From: Armatimonadota bacterium
GTDB taxonomy: Bacteria; Armatimonadota; UBA5829; DTLH01
Direction: 5' to 3'
DNA: 21,497 nucleotides
Assembly (NCBI GenBank): GCA_039680575.1
Contig: JBDKSP010000114.1
Coordinates: 1-21,497 of the forward strand
Part shown: positions 16,911 to 21,497 of the stretch, in pieces
Numbering within the stretch: the first letter of the stretch is position 1
How the letters are laid out: each line of letters opens with the position of its first letter
Notes under the pieces: generated by a model
Told to the model about the DNA's origin: nothing
The model's input: only the letters and a program-made list of their open reading frames with translations
Database searches by the model: none
Made by a program: the position numbers and the translations under genes

Positions 16911-16927
16911 CAATTCCCTGGTAGAAT
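16899..16927 (+). promoter_or_regulatory. Extended -10 promoter for the amidase-gerMN-murI-rph-rdgB operon
   Basis: TG-G-TAGAAT at 16919-16927, with a weak -35 TTCATT 17 nt upstream of the -10 hexamer. Confidence 0.5.
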
Positions 16928-16996
16928 TACTGATGAGCCGTGCATATTACATGCGTCTCATAGAGCCATAGAATGATAGTTGGTGATTTCCGCGTG

Positions 16997-18601
16997 ATGC
17001 GTTCAATATCAAGAACTTGTTTATTTGTCCTTCTGCTGTTGGTCATGTCTTCGGTTGTAATTGCCGCGCCCAGACACGTACGAGTGGTGATCGGCACAAA
17101 GACCGTGGACCTTTCGTCGGAAGCATTCGTTGAAGACGGCAAAGTCTATGCTCCCATTGATATTCTCAAGTCCATGGGAGTGAATTACGCCGAGGGAGAA
17201 CATCGGGTCACCATCGCTCTCTCTGAGGAAGTATCCGAACTCAATATAGTAGAGCGTCAGAAGACGCGCTATATCCCGCTGGAAGAAGCCTCGAAAGATC
17301 TCGATATCTATTATAACTGGGACGATGACTCTTCCACAGTTACCCTGCTCGCTAAACTAGTCGCCGTGGAGTTCGAAGGCAACACTCTCACAGCGCGGCT
17401 TACCATGCCGGCCAGTGTCAGTTCCGCGAGGATATGGCCTAAGCCGTGGCGCATTTCGCTGGACCTGCCCGGCACTAAGGTCTCCACGGATGCCAAAGCT
17501 TACTCGATAGACGGCGGCAATCTCTCGCGTATCCGACTCGGGCAGTTTACGGACGACACCGCCCGAGTCGTAATGGACATCGACTGCAAGATGGGGTTCC
17601 AGATACTAACCAATGAGCCCAGCAAGGAGATCAAAGTCTCTCTAGGCGGGACAGCGAACCAGGCTAAAGGGGGCCTAAAGCCTCAGAAAGCCACTCCGGT
17701 CACGATTACCGGAATAAAGTTTGACCGTGATGGTAATTCCCGCGTAAAAGTCCGAATATCTACCACTGGCAAGCCGACGTTCGCAACACAGCAATACGCT
17801 TCACCAGCGAGGATCTCGGTAGACATAGAAAAAGCCGTTCTCAAAGTGGCAAAAGATGATATTTCAGTCGATCATGCGGCACTTAGGGATATAAGGGTGG
17901 GATCGCAGAACGATACAGCGCAAATAGTGCTCGATACAACGCGCTATCTTGCTTATACAGCCGATGCTGACGCAGGAGGGATCACACTGGACCTCAGACT
18001 GCCGTCCGGCGCGGGTGGAAAGCTGAAAGACAAGCTGATCGTGATAGATCCAGGACATGGCGGCAATAAACCTGGTGCGCAGTGCAATGGAGTCAAAGAG
18101 AAAATTCTCAACATGCAGATCGCCCAGAAGATCAAGTCCGAACTGGAGCAAATCGGCGCAAGGGTGATACTGACGCGTGATGGTGATTATGATGTTGATC
18201 TACCAAACCGGCCTGCTATTGCAGATAATCACTGCGCTGACTTCTTTATCAGCATCCATTGCAATGCCTTGGCGCCTGAAACGCTATCCGGGACAGAGAC
18301 TTATTACCATCCGGGGCAGCCGAGCAGCCGGGCACTCGCATATTCCATACAATCGCGGTTGATAGCAAGCACTAACATGAAGAACAGGGGCGCGAGACTT
18401 GATACAAAGCTCTCTCCAATCGGGCTTTCTGTGTTGAGGAATGCAAATATCCCGGCAGTATTGATTGAATGCGGCTTTATCGACAACTCAACCGATCGAA
18501 AGCTTCTTTCGGACGATAGTTTCAGAGCAAAATTCGCGCGTGGCGTTGTCGATGGTTTGAGAACATATGTAGAAGGTACAATCGAAGTAGAGGGCAATTG
18601 A
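16997..18601 (+). CDS. N-acetylmuramoyl-L-alanine amidase (Amidase_3) with AMIN-like domains
   Basis: Signal peptide; AMIN-like repeats (PWRISLDL...IRLGQF...RVVMD; PARISVDI); Zn/catalytic motifs IDPGHGG, EK, SIHCN, IECGF. Start ambiguous (16973, 16994 or 16997). Confidence 0.92.
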   Translation: MRSISRTCLFVLLLLVMSSVVIAAPRHVRVVIGTKTVDLSSEAFVEDGKVYAPIDILKSMGVNYAEGEHRVTIALSEEVSELNIVERQKTRYIPLEEASKDLDIYYNWDDDSSTVTLLAKLVAVEFEGNTLTARLTMPASVSSARIWPKPWRISLDLPGTKVSTDAKAYSIDGGNLSRIRLGQFTDDTARVVMDIDCKMGFQILTNEPSKEIKVSLGGTANQAKGGLKPQKATPVTITGIKFDRDGNSRVKVRISTTGKPTFATQQYASPARISVDIEKAVLKVAKDDISVDHAALRDIRVGSQNDTAQIVLDTTRYLAYTADADAGGITLDLRLPSGAGGKLKDKLIVIDPGHGGNKPGAQCNGVKEKILNMQIAQKIKSELEQIGARVILTRDGDYDVDLPNRPAIADNHCADFFISIHCNALAPETLSGTETYYHPGQPSSRALAYSIQSRLIASTNMKNRGARLDTKLSPIGLSVLRNANIPAVLIECGFIDNSTDRKLLSDDSFRAKFARGVVDGLRTYVEGTIEVEGN

Positions 18602-18602
18602 T

Positions 18603-19211
18603 ATGGCAAGAAAGAAATCTACGCCCAGCGCAGCAACTCCTTTATTTGCGGCTGTAGTGCTGATTATCGTCGTAGCCAGCCTGGCCGTCTGGTATAATAA
18701 GTCATCAAGGACTCCGTTGCAGCCCGGAACTGACATACCGGTCACTAAACCGAATCATGGCTCCGTCACTAAGCCTGACCGAAAGGTGAATATCTATGTA
18801 ACACAAATCGTAGGCATGGACCCACGGCTTGTACCAATAGAACGGAGTGTTCCATCGGACGCCGATCCTCATAAAGCTGCGCTCGAAGCGCTCCTTGCGA
18901 CGAACTCAGAAAAGGCCACACCCGCGAAGTATCTGATCCCGCAGGGTACAAAACTGATCGGAGTGAAAATAGAGAAACGGACGGCTTATGCCGATTTCAG
19001 TAAAGAGATCAAAGACAACTTTTCCGGCGGTTCGATGAACGAAGCCCTTCTGGTTAACGCAATAATACATACACTGGCTCAATTCGATGATGTAAAGAAG
19101 GTCCAAATAATGGTGGAGGGAAAGAAAGTAGAGTCGCTTGGCGGTCATCTCGATATCGCACAGCCGCTAGAGGGCGACTCCACTCTGCTCAGTAAAGGTG
19201 ATGCAGAGTGA
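18603..19211 (+). CDS. GerMN domain membrane-anchored protein
   Basis: N-terminal TM, ALEALL, IPQGTKL, AYADFS, GGSMNE..LV.AII.TLAQF..VKKVQIMVEG, LGGH. Confidence 0.88.
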   Translation: MARKKSTPSAATPLFAAVVLIIVVASLAVWYNKSSRTPLQPGTDIPVTKPNHGSVTKPDRKVNIYVTQIVGMDPRLVPIERSVPSDADPHKAALEALLATNSEKATPAKYLIPQGTKLIGVKIEKRTAYADFSKEIKDNFSGGSMNEALLVNAIIHTLAQFDDVKKVQIMVEGKKVESLGGHLDIAQPLEGDSTLLSKGDAE

Positions 19212-20053
19212 CGGGTCCTATAGGTGTTTTTGATTCAGGCCTCGGCGGGCTCACAGTAGCTGCCGAGGTTCTTCGTAATTTACCTGATGAGTCGATCATC
19301 TACTTCGCTGATACAGCCCATGTGCCTTACGGAGAACGTCCTCTTGACGAGATAGAAAGGTTCGCGCTGGGAATTACTCAGTATCTTATCAACCGCGGGG
19401 CGAAAGTTGTGGTCATGGCATGTAATATGTCCACCGCGGTAGCGCTGGAAAGCGCGCAGGAGACTTTTCCGGATATCCCGATCCTCGGAGTGATAGAACC
19501 GGGTTCCCGCGCAGCCGTAATGACCGGAAGTAATGCTATCGGGGTACTTGCGACTACAGGAACAGTAAAAAGCGGCGCTTACAGGCGCGCAATCAAGCAG
19601 CTCAACCCCGAAGCTGTCGTCTGGGAGCAGCCATGCTCCGCATTTGTCCCGCTTATAGAGACCGGGCGCGCAGAGAGCGAAGAGGCGGAAGCCGCTGTTC
19701 GAAAGTATGTGGAACCACTCATCGCTGACGGCGCAAACACCCTTATCCTGGGCTGCACGCACTACCCGTTTCTCAGACCGGCTATAGAAAAGACGGCCCC
19801 GGGAGCTTCCATCGTTGACCCTGCGGAGGAAACAACGCGCGAACTCCGTAAGATATTATCTGAGAGCGGGATACTGGCGGAGCCCGGAACGATAACAGAG
19901 CATCGGTTTATCGCAAGCGGCAGCACCGACGGTATTGCAAAACTTGGCAGCCGGTTTCTCGGTAGAAATATCGAACATGTCGACATTATTAGATGGGGTG
20001 TCGATCTAAAGCCGGTTCGGAACTCGAAATGTAAAATGAAAGCAGAAAGGTAA
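19208..20053 (+). CDS. murI: Glutamate racemase
   Basis: [21 protein letters not shown], catalytic ACN and LGCTHYP, IVDPA. Confidence 0.95.
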   Translation: MTGPIGVFDSGLGGLTVAAEVLRNLPDESIIYFADTAHVPYGERPLDEIERFALGITQYLINRGAKVVVMACNMSTAVALESAQETFPDIPILGVIEPGSRAAVMTGSNAIGVLATTGTVKSGAYRRAIKQLNPEAVVWEQPCSAFVPLIETGRAESEEAEAAVRKYVEPLIADGANTLILGCTHYPFLRPAIEKTAPGASIVDPAEETTRELRKILSESGILAEPGTITEHRFIASGSTDGIAKLGSRFLGRNIEHVDIIRWGVDLKPVRNSKCKMKAER

Positions 20054-20057
20054 CAAA

Positions 20058-20783
20058 ATGATTCGACTCGATGGACGCGCGGCAAACCAGCTTCGGCCTG
20101 TTAAGATCACACCTAATTATATAAAATACGCGGAAGGGTCCTGCCTGATAGAAGTCGGCGATACGAAGGTAATCTGCACCGCTTCGATAGAAGATAAAGT
20201 CCCGATCTTCAGAAAAGGCAGCGGCTCCGGCTGGGTCAGCGCTGAATACGGGATGCTACCCCGGTCGTGCCATACCAGGACTCCAAGGGAAGTCGGCAGA
20301 GGCGGAGCAGGCGGCAGGACGATGGAGATACAGCGGCTTGTCGGGCGCGCGGTACGTTCCGTGGTCGATCTCGACTCGCTCGGAGAGCGTACTATCTGGC
20401 TTGACTGCGACGTAATCCAGGCCGATGGCGGCACCAGAACTGCATCTGTCACAGGCGCATTCGTAGCATTCGTCCAGGCTGCAAACGTCCTTAAAAAAGA
20501 CGGCGTCCTGAAACGAATTCCCATCTCGGACGTGCTCGCGGCTATCAGCGTCGGCGTTGTCCAGAACGAAGAGATACTTGATCTCAGCTACGCCGAAGAC
20601 TCAAGCGCATCCGTCGACATGAACATCGTGATGACATCAGGCGGCAGGTTCGTTGAAATACAGGGAACAGCGGAGGGCATGCCGTTTTCCAGAAACCGGA
20701 TGAACAGAATGCTCGAACTCGCCGATAAAGGCATCGGAGAGCTGATTGTAAAGGTCAAAGAAAGCCTCTCGGGAATACTGTGA
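20058..20783 (+). CDS. rph: Ribonuclease PH
   Basis: [57 protein letters not shown]. Confidence 0.97.
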   Translation: MIRLDGRAANQLRPVKITPNYIKYAEGSCLIEVGDTKVICTASIEDKVPIFRKGSGSGWVSAEYGMLPRSCHTRTPREVGRGGAGGRTMEIQRLVGRAVRSVVDLDSLGERTIWLDCDVIQADGGTRTASVTGAFVAFVQAANVLKKDGVLKRIPISDVLAAISVGVVQNEEILDLSYAEDSSASVDMNIVMTSGGRFVEIQGTAEGMPFSRNRMNRMLELADKGIGELIVKVKESLSGIL

Positions 20784-21361
20784 AAACACTCGTCATTGCG
20801 ACCAACAACGAAGACAAGGGAAGGGAGATCGCTCGGATTCTGACCGGTATGGACTACGAGGTTCGAACCCTGCGCGATTATCCCCCCTACCCCGAACCGG
20901 AAGAAAACGCCGGTTCTTTCGCTGGAAACGCACAGATAAAGGCGCTCGCCGCTGCGAACCATACCGGTAGCCTTGCTATTGCGGATGACTCCGGCCTGGT
21001 TGTAGATGCGCTGGACGGCGCGCCTGGGGTTCATTCCAGCCGTTTTGCGGCTAACGATGAGGAGCGAAATAAAAAAGTCCTAGAGCTTCTTCTAAACGTC
21101 CCTGATGACAAGCGGACAGCCCGGTTTGTCGCAGTCGCCGCCATCGCGGAGCCGGGTAAAATCATCGGCACAACAGAGGGGAAAGTAGAAGGAATAATCG
21201 CTCGTGAGCCACGCGGCGATAACGGATTCGGCTACGATCCTATATTCTATATCCCTGAGTTCGGCAGGACCACCGCAGAGATGTCAGCCGAGGAAAAAGA
21301 CCACATCAGCCACAGGGGAAAAGCTCTGCGTGCAGCAAAAGAGCTTCTGGAGAAGCTTTAG
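20780..21361 (+). CDS. rdgB: dITP/XTP pyrophosphatase (RdgB/HAM1)
   Basis: [43 protein letters not shown]. Confidence 0.96.
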   Translation: MKTLVIATNNEDKGREIARILTGMDYEVRTLRDYPPYPEPEENAGSFAGNAQIKALAAANHTGSLAIADDSGLVVDALDGAPGVHSSRFAANDEERNKKVLELLLNVPDDKRTARFVAVAAIAEPGKIIGTTEGKVEGIIAREPRGDNGFGYDPIFYIPEFGRTTAEMSAEEKDHISHRGKALRAAKELLEKL

Positions 21362-21497
21362 CCATCTATGCCAGGAGCATCGTTTTTAAGGAAGCAGAAG
21401 AGGAGCGGGTATGTTACATGAAATAGCCATGTAATTTAACAATTACGACACAGGTACTTTGAGGATCAGTGTCGAAGTAGTAATCGTGGGTACAAAC

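Noticed and set aside
20021..20050. Degenerate AAATG/AAAG short repeats at the murI 3' end
   Set aside because: Too short and irregular to call a repeat array.
21362..21497. tRNA or CRISPR array after rdgB
   Set aside because: No cloverleaf or TTCGA T-loop, and no repeated unit within the available sequence.

Overview
A 21.5 kb bacterial chromosomal segment of moderate GC from a diderm organism. The gene complement is reminiscent of Armatimonadota, but this is inference only. Contents from left to right: (1) a structured ~126-nt left end that appears to replace the start of an MFS transporter gene (possible IS end at a CTAG site); (2) a minus-strand sugar cluster of FucI-like isomerase, GH4 alpha-galactosidase and a signal-less GH141-like beta-helix enzyme, with a LacI-type operator; (3) a glutaredoxin-like gene, trxB and a lipoprotein whose LolA-like domain is fused to a thioredoxin fold with SxxS in place of CxxC; (4) an M48 protease; (5) a DRG-type TGS GTPase, a small membrane protein and a HAD phosphatase; (6) two beta-barrel-like proteins, a signal-less BON protein and a GH94 phosphorylase; (7) amidase-GerMN-murI-rph-rdgB. 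I saw no tRNA, rRNA, CRISPR array or transposase ORF. All calls come from reading motifs by eye, with no database searches.
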